Shown: positions 1 to 10,696 of the stretch, piece by piece
Position numbering within the stretch: position 1 is the first letter of the stretch
How the letters are laid out: each line of letters starts with the position of its first letter
Source: Azolla caroliniana
Lineage: Eukaryota; Plantae; Polypodiophyta
Direction: 5' to 3'
Assembly: GCA_043228905.1 (NCBI GenBank)
Contig: JBHGNT010000009.1
Location: 11,408,001 to 11,472,000 of the forward strand
DNA length: 64,000 nt
Notes under the pieces: generated by a model
What the model saw: only the letters and a program-made list of their open reading frames with translations
Database searches by the model: none
What the model was told of the DNA's origin: nothing
Program-made: the position numbers and the translations under genes

Positions 1-1410
1 AACTTGGCACACTTGAGGATTTTCGGCAGCATTACGTATGTGCATGTGCCGAAGGAGAAATGGAGGAAGATGGACGCCAAAGCCAAGAAATATATCTTTG
101 TCAGCTATTCAGACGAGCAAAAGGGGTATAAGTGATATAACCCCTGAACGAAGGAAGTTCGCGTAAGACGAGATGTCGCGTTCGACGAGTCCGCTTCGTG
201 GTACTTGCCTTCACCTCCAATACCTCAAGACTCCATTCTGAATTCTGAAGAAGAGATCAATGAGGCTGAGATACCTCTGCATGATGATGATATCGGAGTC
301 TAACAGAGAATCCGATCTCATTTCAGCTAAGTGGGACGAATGAGGAGTTGGGCCGAAATAGCCAACCAAATGAAGAGCCGGTGAGTAGTGGAGACTCGGC
401 CATGTTGTTCCCGCGTATAGAACCAAGGGGACGGTTTATGCGTAAAGAAAAAGGGAAGAAGAAAATGTCGAACTATGATTTCGGTAGTGTCGAGTCAGAT
501 CGAAGAGAATCTGACTTCGGGCCAATTGAGAAGGAACCTCCACAGAAGGGGTTGAAATCGACCGAAAAGGTCGTGAAATCGGGTAATCACGAATTACGCC
601 GATCTAACCGCCTAAAGAACCCTGTAAAGAGGTACATGGCACACCATTACGTGTACATGACATGAGTGGCGGAAGTGCGTGAGCCGGAGAGCTACGTAGA
701 AGCGGTGAAAGACGCCAATTGGCGTGCCGCGATGGAGGAAGAGATGCGCCCTTTAACGGACAATGAGACTTGGGACCTGGTTGACGTACCAAAAGGTGTA
801 AAGCCGATCGGATGTAGATGGGTGTATAAGGTGAAATACAACACCGATAGCTCCATCAACCGATATAAGGCCCGTTTGGTTGCGAAAGGCTATGCACAGA
901 AGCACGACGTAGACTACGACGAGACCTTTGCACCAGTCGTAAAGATGACTACCGTGCGAGTTCTACTAGCCGTAGTTGTGGCAAAGGGGTGGCATCTACA
1001 TCAGATGGATATAAAGAATGCGTTCTTGGAAGTTGATCTTGAGCAACAGGTGTACATGGTACAACCCCCCGGATTTCTATCCGAACAGAACACTTTGGCG
1101 GTCTACTAATTGAAGAAGGAGTTATATGGCCTCAAGCAAGCCCCGCGAACTTGGAACGCGAAGAATATGCAACAGGTGCGTAGAATGGGGTTTACGACGT
1201 CCAAATCAGACTCATCGTTATTCGTTTGGGAAGGTCGACATGGACCAGTTTGTCTTTTACTTTATGTTGATGATTTAGTCATCGTCGGTGCCGACCTAGA
1301 AGAAATATGCCGTATAAAGTCTCAGCTTGCAGCATCGTTCGAAATGAAGGATTTTGGCGATCTTCATTACTTCCTTGGGATTGAAGTGATCTGTTCCCCT
1401 GAAGGCATAT

Positions 1411-1866
1411 TATTAGAGACATGTACTAAAGTAAGCATTAGATAAGGATAGATCTAGGTAGATAGAAAGAAAGGAGAGAGAGAAAGAAGGGTGCCGATCC
1501 ACCTGACCACCCCTGAGCGAAGGGATCGAGACGGACTCGAGCCTCGATCTGCGTCCCATACCACCGCCGTGGCGTCGAGTCATACCTGGTGTTGGCGCGC
1601 TCGCTACAAGAGTTGACCTACCACAAGACAGAGTCTCGACGTAGTCAACAAGATAATCAAATGAGGGTAGCTAGGCCTCTATTTATAGCGATACCCAAGG
1701 CCCCCAGCCATGTTCACACTTGGCCTAATGGGTTGTCTCAATCCCGAGGATTTAAAAGTAATCCTCCCCTTCTTTACACTCTCATTTAACCCTCGCACTT
1801 ATCCACGTGTATAGAATACTACGGTAAATTCTCACCACGAGATATTATATGGTCATGCCCGTAACA
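1411..1866. mobile_element. Solo LTR (456 bp) inserted in copia RT
   Basis: 5-bp TSD CATAT (1406-1410 / 1867-1871). Termini TATTA...TAACA (TG mutated to TA). Removing it restores the RT frame EGILISQ. Confidence 0.88.
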
Positions 1867-2540
1867 CATATTGATCAGTCAGTGTCATTACACGTTGAAT
1901 ATACTCTTCGAGTTCAGGATGGCAGATTGTAAGCCCATCTCGACCCCTCTAGATAGAAACGTAAAGCTTCATCGAGATTCGGGAAAGGCGTGCGACCCAA
2001 CATGGTTTTAACAGATTGTCGGAAGCCTCATCTACTTGACGATCACTCGGACGGACCTTAGCTATCCGGTCGGAATGATCAGTCAATTTAAGTTGGGAAG
2101 TGCGGCGATTGCATGGAGCAGTAAGAAGCAGCCAACAGTAGCACTGTCGAGCACAGAGGCCAAATATCGAGGGGCGACTATCGCTACGTGCGAAGTCATT
2201 TGGCTGAAACGGCTATTACGGGATCTACACGTAGAGGTGTCCGATCCAACAACGATCTACTGCAACAACCTCAATAGCATCCACCTTGCGAAGAACCCTA
2301 TGTTCCACGCCAGGACCAAGCAAATTGAGGTGCATTATCATTTCATCTGCGAGCTTGTCCTTTTTGGTGAAGTCGAATTGGCGTATGTTCTGACGGGTCG
2401 ACAGGTTGCCAACATCTTCACCAAGCCCCTTGATCTCAACAAGTTATGACATTTCTCGATTGAGCTGGGTTTGCATCACCTCGACACGCCAAACTTGAGG
2501 GGGAGATAGGAACAAGAACAGGTGCGTGTAAGGAGCGGAA

Positions 2541-3038
2541 GTGACTGCTATGCCGAAACGGATGAAATTCGATTTCGGGCCTGTTGAAGAAGCCGAAGAA
2601 GAAGGCAACAAGGGCCGTAATCACAAGAAAGAGCTGAAGACAGCCAGACAAAGTACAACCAAGAAGGGTATAAAGGCCAAGACCAAGACATGGTCTGATG
2701 TTGTCAAGGGCCTAAAGACAGAAGACGAATTGGAGACAACCAATTCGAGTGAAAGTGGAATTGAATCAGAAGAGACCGATTTAATCGAAATGTTAGATTT
2801 GGATATTATGAATCGACTGAGGGACAAGTGGAGGAAAGGGCAGCGAAAAAGGTGTCAACATCGCGACATCAAGGGAGCTGAGAAGGGCTGCATGAGTAGA
2901 CAAGCCGACCGGAAGGGTCGAAGCGCACGGAATCGAATGGATCGAGGAACGCGAGCGAGGCATGAAGCCAGGAGAGGCCACAGCGAAGATCCGGAAAAGC
3001 AGAAGGAACCTCGAGTTGAGCTTGAGGGGGAGTGTTGA
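2541..3038 (+). CDS. Additional charged, low-complexity ORF (165 aa) between copia pol and the 3' LTR; function unknown
   Basis: Open ORF lying between two identical PPT-like 12-mers (2494-2505, 3021-3032). It is in a different frame from RNase H and has no recognisable domain. Confidence 0.35.
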   Translation: MTAMPKRMKFDFGPVEEAEEEGNKGRNHKKELKTARQSTTKKGIKAKTKTWSDVVKGLKTEDELETTNSSESGIESEETDLIEMLDLDIMNRLRDKWRKGQRKRCQHRDIKGAEKGCMSRQADRKGRSARNRMDRGTRARHEARRGHSEDPEKQKEPRVELEGEC

Positions 3039-3063
3039 GAGACAAGCTCAACATTGGGTGCGT

Positions 3064-4211
3064 TGTCGTGAGAATCTGTCACTATGTGCGGATCGCGATG
3101 CGGAACCGCCGGGGTTCTGGACTAGAAGGAATTAGTACGCACATGCACAACACAAGCAAGATTCACATATAAGACAAATAGATGAGAGGAAACATTTGTT
3201 TATTGCAAAAGAAATCGATTCTTTATAAACTTAGAATCATGTTACAATGGATTGGATATGAATATAAAAGATCATTCTTAAAAAAGAAAGGAGCCAACAA
3301 CCATGTAAGGAGTGGTCCGATATGAATAAGAGAGATTATTCTTGAAAGGAAGGAGCCAACCACCATGTAAGGAGTGGTCCGATATCAATATGAGAGAGAT
3401 TTCTTCCCCAAGCAATGGGAGAGAGAAGAAGAAGGGAAAAAAACAATAGAGGGAAAAAATGGAACATATATCGAGCTCTTTGTTGATCCTCCTCCCCAAT
3501 ATTACTTTGCATGTCCACTTTTAGTTGCATGGCCTCTACTTTTAGTTGCATGCTTCCATTTTTAGTTGAATGCCTTTTACTTTTAGTTGAACATATATCG
3601 AGCTCTTTGTTGATCCTCCTCCCCAATGTTACTTTGCATGTCCACTTTTAGTTGCATGGCCTCTACTTTTAGTTGCATGGCCTTGGCTTTTAGTTGCATG
3701 TGACCATCTGTATAATTCGGCCAAATGACCCAGTCATCCATAAAGTTTAGCCCGTGCGCAATCCGTATGTGCATCGCAACCAAAGTAGACACGTCCGTGC
3801 ACAAAAGTCCTGACCGCGCAGTGTACGCATCCACGCACGCGTGCAACGTAAAACCGTACACAAAATATGGCCGTAGTGGTGTTTAAACCGAAAGGCTGTT
3901 AGAACGTTATTCCTCGTAAGGAATAGTTTTGGCAGTTAGTGTAGAAGGCTCATTTATGAGTGGTCAAATACTGTCAATACTTGTGTCAGCCCAATAGTCG
4001 GGGCTTGTATAAAAGGTGCTCACTGAGCACGAAGTAGATACATAGAGAACATATAGAGAATTGTTTTGAATATAGTTATGGTTTCTACTCTCTCTCTCTC
4101 TCTCTCCCCCTCTCTTTCTTTGTGATTTTTGCATTTTACTGAACTGTTGTACTACCGAACTGTGTACTCTGTGTTCTTACGCATACACTTCCGCACACGT
4201 ATTCTTTTACA
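3064..4211 (+). mobile_element. Large solo-LTR-like unit (1148 bp) without a TSD, related to 53216-54443
   Basis: TGTCGTG...TTACA termini. TATA-like TATAAAA near 4008 followed by a CT tract. Shares the CTTTTAGTTGCATGGCCTCTAC repeat and the 5' end with the reverse complement of 53216-54443. Internal duplications at 3280-3390 and 3462-3700. Confidence 0.75.
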
Positions 4212-5599
4212 GGAAGGTTGACCATCATGCTTGCCTCTGGTTCAAAATGAGTAATGGTGAAGTAGACAAGGTTCTTGTGATCAGTCACCACCTGGACACA
4301 ATGTTGGGCGCTCACCAAGTAAGGACACCATTCTTCAAAGGCGGCAATAATGGCGAAGAGTTCTTTGTCATAAACTAGGTAGTTGATCTCAGAGGGTGTG
4401 AACTTCCGAGAATAAAAGGCAACAGGATGAAGGATCCCATTGTTATCTGATTGAGAGAGAATGGCACCGATGGCGAAGTCAGAGGCATCTGTTTCGATCG
4501 TAAATGGTTTGGTCAGATCTGAGTGTAGAAGTACTGGAGCCGAGGCAAAAGCTTTCTTTAGTGTCTCGAATGCCAATTGGGTTGTAGGAGTCCAACAAAA
4601 AGGAGAATCCTTCTGAGTGAGTGATATAAGGGGTTGCGCCAATGTAGAGAATCCTTTAGTGAATCAACGATAGAAGTTGGGAAAACCCAAAAACGATTGC
4701 ACATCCTTGACCCTGGTGGGAACTTCCCACTCTTGAACTGTTGCGACTTTCTTCTTGTCCATAGTGAGACCATCAGATGAAATAACATACTTGAGGAATT
4801 CAATTGAGGTTTAATCAAACTCACACTTCTTAGGTTTTGCATAAAGTCCATGTTCCCGAAGTTTGGACAGGATAAGTCGGATGTGCTTGGTGTGCTCTAT
4901 GTAGTCCTATGAGAAGATAAGTATGTCGTTGAGATAGATGACCACAAATTGGTCCAGATATTCTCGGAAGATATCATTCATCATATGTTGAAAAATTGCA
5001 GGAGCGTTTATGAGACCAAATGGCATTACCGTGTATTCAAAATGCTCGTACCTGGTTCGAAATGTCGTTTTCCACTCATCTCTAGGCTTGATACGCACCG
5101 AGTTGTAGGCACCTCTGGGATTAGAGGTAGTGGATAACGGTTTCCAATAGTGACTCGATTGAGCCGGCGATAGTCGATACATAAGCGTAACGTTCCATCT
5201 TTCTTTTGGACAAATAGGATAGGAGAGCCAGCTGGAGATTTTGAGTGACGAATGAATTCCTTTGTGAGATTCTCTTCAATGTATATTTTGAGGGCCTTGA
5301 GTTTAGGTTCAGATAACCCATAGATAGGGCCAAAAGGAGGCAAAACACCATCTTTCAAGTCAATTGGACAATCGTATGGGCGATGTCCAAGCAGACGATC
5401 AACATTTTTCTTCTCAAATACATCAAAGAAGTCATTGTATTTTGATGGAAAAGAGCTAGTACATAGGGCAATGTTTGGAGTGGACATGACCACCATGTCC
5501 CTAGAATTAGAAATGGATGCAATCAACACTGTATCACTTACCCGAGCAAGAGTGGAAACTATTTCCGAGGCCAAAGTAGGAGTAACTATCAATGTTGTT

Positions 5600-5895
5600 T
5601 CTATTGGAGTAACCGTTGACACGGTACTCGCGGAAGAGGAAATGGGAGCGACCACTAACTTGGTCCTCACCGGAGCTGAAATGGGAGTTGCCTCCAAAAC
5701 ATGAGTGGGAGCAACCGTTGATGTGGTTCTCACTAGAGCAGAAACGGGAATTGGAGCGACCGCTAACGTGGTCCTCACCGGATCAGAAATGGGAGATGCC
5801 TCGGAAACATGAGTCGGACCAACCGTTGACACGGTAACCAGAGTAGAAATGGGAATTGGAGCAACCGTTGATGTGGTCCTCGCCAGAGTAGGCGT
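5600..5895 (-). repeat. In-frame tandem repeats in the protease-RT linker (Ser/Thr/Pro/Val-rich)
   Basis: GTCCTCACCGG recurs with a 108-bp period. Sub-units encode [17 protein letters not shown]-like peptides in ORF 5026-5832. Confidence 0.8.
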
Positions 5896-6438
5896 CCAAA
5901 CAAATGGCAGAGCATTGGCTCGAAGAAGAGTGGAAGCAATCGCTTGTGGGCGAGAATTCGAGGTGAAGTTGAGGGAGCGAGATCGCTAATCCACGATTGG
6001 ATTGTGAGTCTCGAGCCATGAAAACCCCAAGATGATAGGATGTCGAAGTGATGTGATGAGGTTAAAAATGATTTCTTCCTGGTGGCCTCCTATGTGGAGA
6101 CTCAAGGGAATTGTTATATCTGTGATTGCACCAGAAGAGAGTGTTCGACCGTCGATCACTTCAATTGGAATCGGGATAGTTATTTTATTGCTTGGAATGT
6201 TGTGTGTCCGTGCAAACATGATATCAATAAAGCACGACATAGCCCCAGAATCCAACAAAGCTTTTGTCTTCAGAGTGGTAGAACCAAACTGAAGAATAAT
6301 CGGAAGCGTGAAGGTTGTTGTCGAGGCAGTTGGTTGATTGGGCCCTTGACACAATTGTCGACTCTTGTGGTCCAGATGCACAACCCCTACTACAACTGGA
6401 CATTGGAGTTTTCCTGTTGACAGAAAATGTCAACCCCA

Positions 6439-6745
6439 TCCACACGATGGGGTGTTTGACGGGGTCCCTTTTTTGGACAAGAGCGATCAAATGGTCGGGG
6501 CCGCCACCATAGAGACATAAATTGTTGGCCCGTCGATGTTGTCGTTGTGCGTTTGTCAATGGTCGGTAGCGAACTCGATCGATCTTCATTGGGTCCACAC
6601 GATGGGGTGTTTGACGTGGTCCCTTTTTTGGACAAGAGCGATCAAATGGTCGGGGCCGCCACCATAGAGACATAAATTGTTGGCCCGTCGATGTTGTCGT
6701 TGCGCGTTTGTCAATGGTCGGTAGCGAACTTGATCGATCTCCATT
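6439..6745 (-). repeat. 155-bp tandem duplication of the Gag zinc-knuckle region
   Basis: TCCACACGATGGGG at 6439 and 6594. The peptide PM.ID.VRYRPLTNAQRQHRRANNLCLYGGGPDH appears twice in different frames. Confidence 0.92.
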
Positions 6746-6823
6746 GGGGAGCTAGAATCTATGGCGGGAGTTGAAGATGAAGTGGAGGATGACATGGGAA
6801 TCAAGGCCGTCGACCACGGTAGG

Positions 6824-7273
6824 TGTCATGATATGGTAAGACTCAAACCCATGACCTTATGATATATGGGTTGAGCTCTTGACCATTATACCATCTATTG
6901 TAATACATAGGATATTATTTTCATTTAAGTTTTATTATAGGAAATTAATGTATATTCCAGATTTCTTTGGAACATTCTAGAAGCTTCAGAATTACTCTTG
7001 AGAACACTATAAAAGAGGGCACTAGGCATTATGTTGAACCAAATTGGTTCAACGCCAGTCTTAAGCCTCATACCCATCTTGTACTTACCCTTCCTATAAT
7101 ATATCATCTGTTATCATCATCTCTCTCTCTCTCATCCTCACTATCTCTCTCTCTCTCCCCCCTCTTCTCTTTTCTCTCTCTCGGGAGTCTTACGCAGTCC
7201 CGTCCTCTTAGTACTAATAGTACTTCCCTTCTCTAGTACTAATTCTCTCTCTGTTTTAGTACTATTCCTAACA
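6824..7273 (+). mobile_element. Solo LTR (450 bp) of a chromovirus-like family, inserted in gag of element G
   Basis: TG...CA termini and 5-bp TSD GTAGG (6819-6823 / 7274-7278). TATAAAA is followed by a palindrome (7033-7053) and the CAACGCCAGTC motif shared with the other gypsy-type LTRs. Confidence 0.92.
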
Positions 7274-7437
7274 GTAGGTGACTTCGTGTAGCAGTTGGCC
7301 AAGGTGGATGGATCCGGTGAGGACGTTCCTCTTGCCGAAACTCAAAGAGACGGTTATCACACTGCACAGCTTGGGAAATAGCCTCATTCAAAGATGTGGG
7401 ATCAGGAAAATTAAGCAAAATATTTTTTATCTCACCT

Positions 7438-7831
7438 CGTAATCCTCGACGAAATTGATCGAGGAGGGCCTGTCCTTCCCATTCGACATCGCACGCAAGC
7501 TGACGAAATTCAGATGCATAGATTGATGCCACACATTCTCCTTGTTGTAGTGCATATAATTTGTTGAGTGCAACTCGTCGTTTGTCGGTCTCCCCGAAAG
7601 TTGCTTTGAATTCGGTAAGAAATGCATGGAAGTCGTAATCCTCGACGGAATTGATCGAGGAGGGCCTGTCCATCCCATTCGACATCGCACGCAAGCTGAC
7701 GAATTTCAGATGCATAGATTGATGCCACACGTTCTCCTTGTTGTAGTGCATATAATTTGTTGAGTGCAACTCGTCGTTTGTCGGTCTCCCCGAAAGTTGC
7801 TTTGAATTCGGTAAGAAATGCATGGAAGTCG
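7438..7831 (-). repeat. 196-bp tandem duplication within gag
   Basis: CGTAATCCTCGACG at 7438 and 7634. AATGCATGGAAGTCG at 7621 and 7817. Confidence 0.92.
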
Positions 7832-8215
7832 GTCAAGAGGGGCGAAGAGGTCTCCACCAGAGGGGCAAACCAAGCTTGGGCTTGTCCTGTCAGCAATATG
7901 CCGATGAGCCTGACTCGTCGATAGTCATCAGAATAGCGTCGGGGCTGAAGGCGAATAATAAGGCGGATCTTGTTGATGAAGCCTCTTAACTGTGACCTTG
8001 TTCCATCGAATTTATCTGGCAAGCTAACATTGGGTTCTGTCGTAGAAGGGTCAATAATCGGGTGAGGTATGACAGTTGTGGCTGCCTGAAGTTCTTGGAT
8101 GGAGTTTCGCAAGTTGGCATTCTCATGTTGGAGTTGTTCCAAGACCGCCAAAATTTGCTTAAGGTTACTAGATGATTCTGACATGATAGTGTATTGAGAA
8201 TGAAGAAAAAGAATG

Positions 8216-8226
8216 AAGGAAATCAA
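8216..8226 (-). promoter_or_regulatory. Self-priming site of element G
   Basis: Minus-strand TTGATTTCCTT, 2 nt after the LTR end, is the exact complement of minus-strand AAGGAAATCAA at 8319-8309, downstream of TATAAAA. Confidence 0.8.
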
Positions 8227-8822
8227 TATGTCACGGATGAACAATTGGAAGATAAAGAGATGGGGAAGTTGATGACAATGAGTAAGAATATCTATTGTAT
8301 GACTGATGTTGATTTCCTTGATGTTAACAAGGGAGATCAACCCTTTTTATACATGTGGTGAAGCATGATAAGCATGCTCATGCCAATTCTTACATACTAT
8401 AATATCAAGCATACTAATTCTTGCATGGCAAGTCTTATATACCCAGTCTTACATACTCAGTCTTATATACCTCTCTTTATACAAAGGTTTAAAATCTAAA
8501 GTTTGTCTAGGAGAAATATATATATACAAGAACCTAAGGCTAAAATTCAAGTCAATGTTTATGACAGCACATCCTTAACCTTATTTTTCAATCTTTCTTC
8601 ATATGCTTTACGAGGAGCATTTTGTTATGAGATAGTACGATATTCATTCACAAAGCATTGTGTACCTTTGAGGTATACCTTTGAGATATTCAATCTTGGA
8701 ACTTGTATAAATACTTGTAACCTCCTTCAAGGTCCCTTTCAAGGGATTCAACGCCAGTCGTTGACACATCAATCTAGTATTCTTGTAATCTAGTAATTTG
8801 CAGTTGGTGTGTCCATGACAGT

Positions 8823-8833
8823 TTGAATCCCTT
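8823..8833 (+). promoter_or_regulatory. Self-priming site of the non-coding LTR element
   Basis: TTGAATCCCTT, 2 nt after the LTR end, is the exact complement of AAGGGATTCAA at 8741-8751. Confidence 0.8.
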
Positions 8834-9094
8834 CCAACTAGAAGCATCACTCGTCATTGTCATCACCCTTGCTTCTAGAGTTACCATAGTCATAGTTGTT
8901 CCTTCTAGAGACGTTTCCTCATCATCATTGTCTTCACTGCCTCTCTTCGACATCAGCATTTTTTAGCACCTCTTGTTGTCTTCATCAACGCTACGTCACC
9001 CAACCTTCATCGTCATCAACACTACTTTTCATGGTCTTTCATTATCGTCATTGTTCTGCCCTCTTCATTGTCATTGTCATCATCTATAGGTATC

Positions 9095-9465
9095 ATTTTG
9101 CTTCACGATTTTGGGAGGGATTGATTTTCGATCGCTCACCTTCACTGTTCCGGTGAGGGTTACAATCGCTCACTTTCCTCGTGGGGATCGAATCATTGTT
9201 CGCTTGCACTCCATTTTCATTTCGGTTCAAGTTTCACTCCACTTTCCTTTGGCAAGGATTGATTTTGATTGCTCACCTTCATAGTTCTAGTAGGGGTTAC
9301 AACCGCTCACTTTCTTGGTGGGGATCGAATCATTGCTCGCTTGCACTCCATTTTCATTTTGGTTCACATTTCACTCCACTTTCTTTTGATGAGGATTAAT
9401 TTCAATCGCTCACCTTCTAGTTCCGGTGGGGGTTACAACCGCTCACTTTCCTAGTGGGGATTGCA
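9095..9465 (+). repeat. About 2.5 copies of a ~140-bp tandem repeat inside the non-coding LTR element
   Basis: Recurring CGCTCACCTTC...GGGTTACAA(T/C)CGCTCACTTTC...GTGGGGAT blocks near 9130, 9270 and 9407. Confidence 0.85.
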
Positions 9466-9589
9466 TCTTTTTCTCGTTAGTGCTCCTGTTTGTGCTGTGT
9501 TTTGGGTCAACCTCGACTATTTACCCTCTCATGATAGAAGAAGTCGAGTCAAATGCATCACCTACACTCCTTCGCCCATTGTTGATCCA

Positions 9590-9741
9590 GTTCCCCGTGA
9601 GGACCACACATGGTCGCTCACGCCCGTTGGTGTTCCAATTCCCGGTGAGGACCGCACATGGTCGCTCACGTCCGTTGGTGTTCCAATCTCCGTTGAGGAC
9701 AACACATGGTTCCTCACGCTCATCGGTGCTCCAATTCCCAT
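9590..9741 (+). repeat. Three copies of a ~48-bp tandem repeat
   Basis: GAGGAC(C/A)(A/G)CACATGGT..CTCACG...GGTG(T/C)TCCAAT repeated three times. Confidence 0.88.
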
Positions 9742-10109
9742 CATAGTTCCTAATATTCTCGTACGTCCAATTTACTGGACGTACGCGAACATTTGCAAAT
9801 GTATGCGTATGATACGCGATATTCGTTTGGTTTTTTTATTATTTTTGGGTTTTTTTAATTTTTGATATTCATAATTCTTTGTGAATAGAAGTGATGTCTG
9901 ACACACACACACACTCTCTCTCTCTCACGAGAACTGACAGATCTTCTCTCTCTACAAAATCTAGATATCTAATATACATATTACACACTCCCTCACACAC
10001 ACAAAACCCATAGCTCCTCTCTCTCTCTCTCTCTCTAGAGTCTAGATATACACTCAACCACTGTCTCCTCACACATGCAAAACAGGGCTTCTCTCTCTAG
10101 ACCACACAT

Positions 10110-10142
<33 letters not shown>

Positions 10143-10281
10143 GTACACCATATACACCATATGTATATATTTATGTACCGTGTATGGATTTCAATCATAC
10201 TTGGAGCCTTTTCACATATGAGTGTGATACGAATATTGGCGTTTGAGTATGACACGAATGGGACGTATGGCTAGAACTATG
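9742..10281. mobile_element. hAT-type MITE (540 bp)
   Basis: TIR CATAGTTC / GAACTATG and perfect 8-bp TSD ATTCCCAT (9734-9741 / 10282-10289). Subterminal CGTA/TACG motifs and internal CT/CA microsatellites. Confidence 0.88.
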
Positions 10282-10696
10282 ATTCCCATTCATCCCTACA
10301 CCACGTTTTCGAAAAGGCGGTCGTAAAGGGGAGGATAATGTCATGACACAGGGACATCAAATACATAGTTGGTGAGGATTGAACCTGCAACCTCACATCA
10401 ACAAGATGTCATGCTCAACCATTTTGATATGAGCATGTATTCAGAATCAGAATATAGTACATTTCAGAATCAGAATATTCTAGTTATTAGTATATTCTAG
10501 AAATATTGTATGGTATATTCTAGACAGGTATATTCTAGAGATATTTCTCGAGTATATTCTAGAGATATTCAATCTTGGAACTTGTATAAATACTTGTAAC
10601 TTCCTTGGTCCCTTTCAAGGGATTCAACGCTAGTCATTGACACATCAATCTAGTATTCTTGTAATCTAGTAGTTTGCGGTTGGTGTGTCTATGACA

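Larger units (their letters stand above)
1..3063 (+). mobile_element. Degenerate Ty1/copia LTR retrotransposon (element E). 5' part is outside the window; 3' LTR is truncated after 31 bp.
   Basis: Integrase C-terminus at 1-200. RT fragments 666-1445 ([37 protein letters not shown]). RNase H 2036-2449 (WSSKKQPTVALSSTEA, HARTKQIEVHYHF), with a deletion at the SQF|KLGS junction (~2090). PPT CTTGAGGGGGAG at 3021-3032, then TGTTGAGAGACAAGCTCAAC, which resembles the LTR start of element C. Confidence 0.93.
4212..8566 (-). mobile_element. 3'-truncated Ty3/gypsy element (element G), Tcn1-like chromovirus family
   Basis: 5' LTR 8566-8229 (TGTCAT...GTGACA). Gag (LPDKFDGTRSQLRGF, AQAWF), zinc knuckle CLYGGGPDH, protease LLDSGA, RT ([19 protein letters not shown]), RNase H (ETDASDFAIGAIL). 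Cut at the RQA*WSTFL motif. Many stops and frameshifts. Confidence 0.93.
8683..10696 (+). mobile_element. Non-autonomous, non-coding LTR element (TRIM/LARD-like). 5' LTR is truncated on its left.
   Basis: 8683-8820 matches 10563-10696. Full 3' LTR 10339-10696 (TGTCATG...ATGACA) is preceded by PPT AAAGGGGAGGATAA. No gag or pol motifs inside. Self-priming site at 8823-8833. Confidence 0.85.

Noticed and set aside
8567-8682. Possible continuation of the RTE LINE on the left of the non-coding LTR element
   Set aside because: No recognisable LINE motif and no TSD can be read because the 5' LTR is truncated. Origin left unassigned.
9095-9741. Regularly spaced repeats as a possible CRISPR-like array
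   Set aside because: The units are contiguous tandem copies with no unique spacers, there are no cas genes, and the context is eukaryotic.
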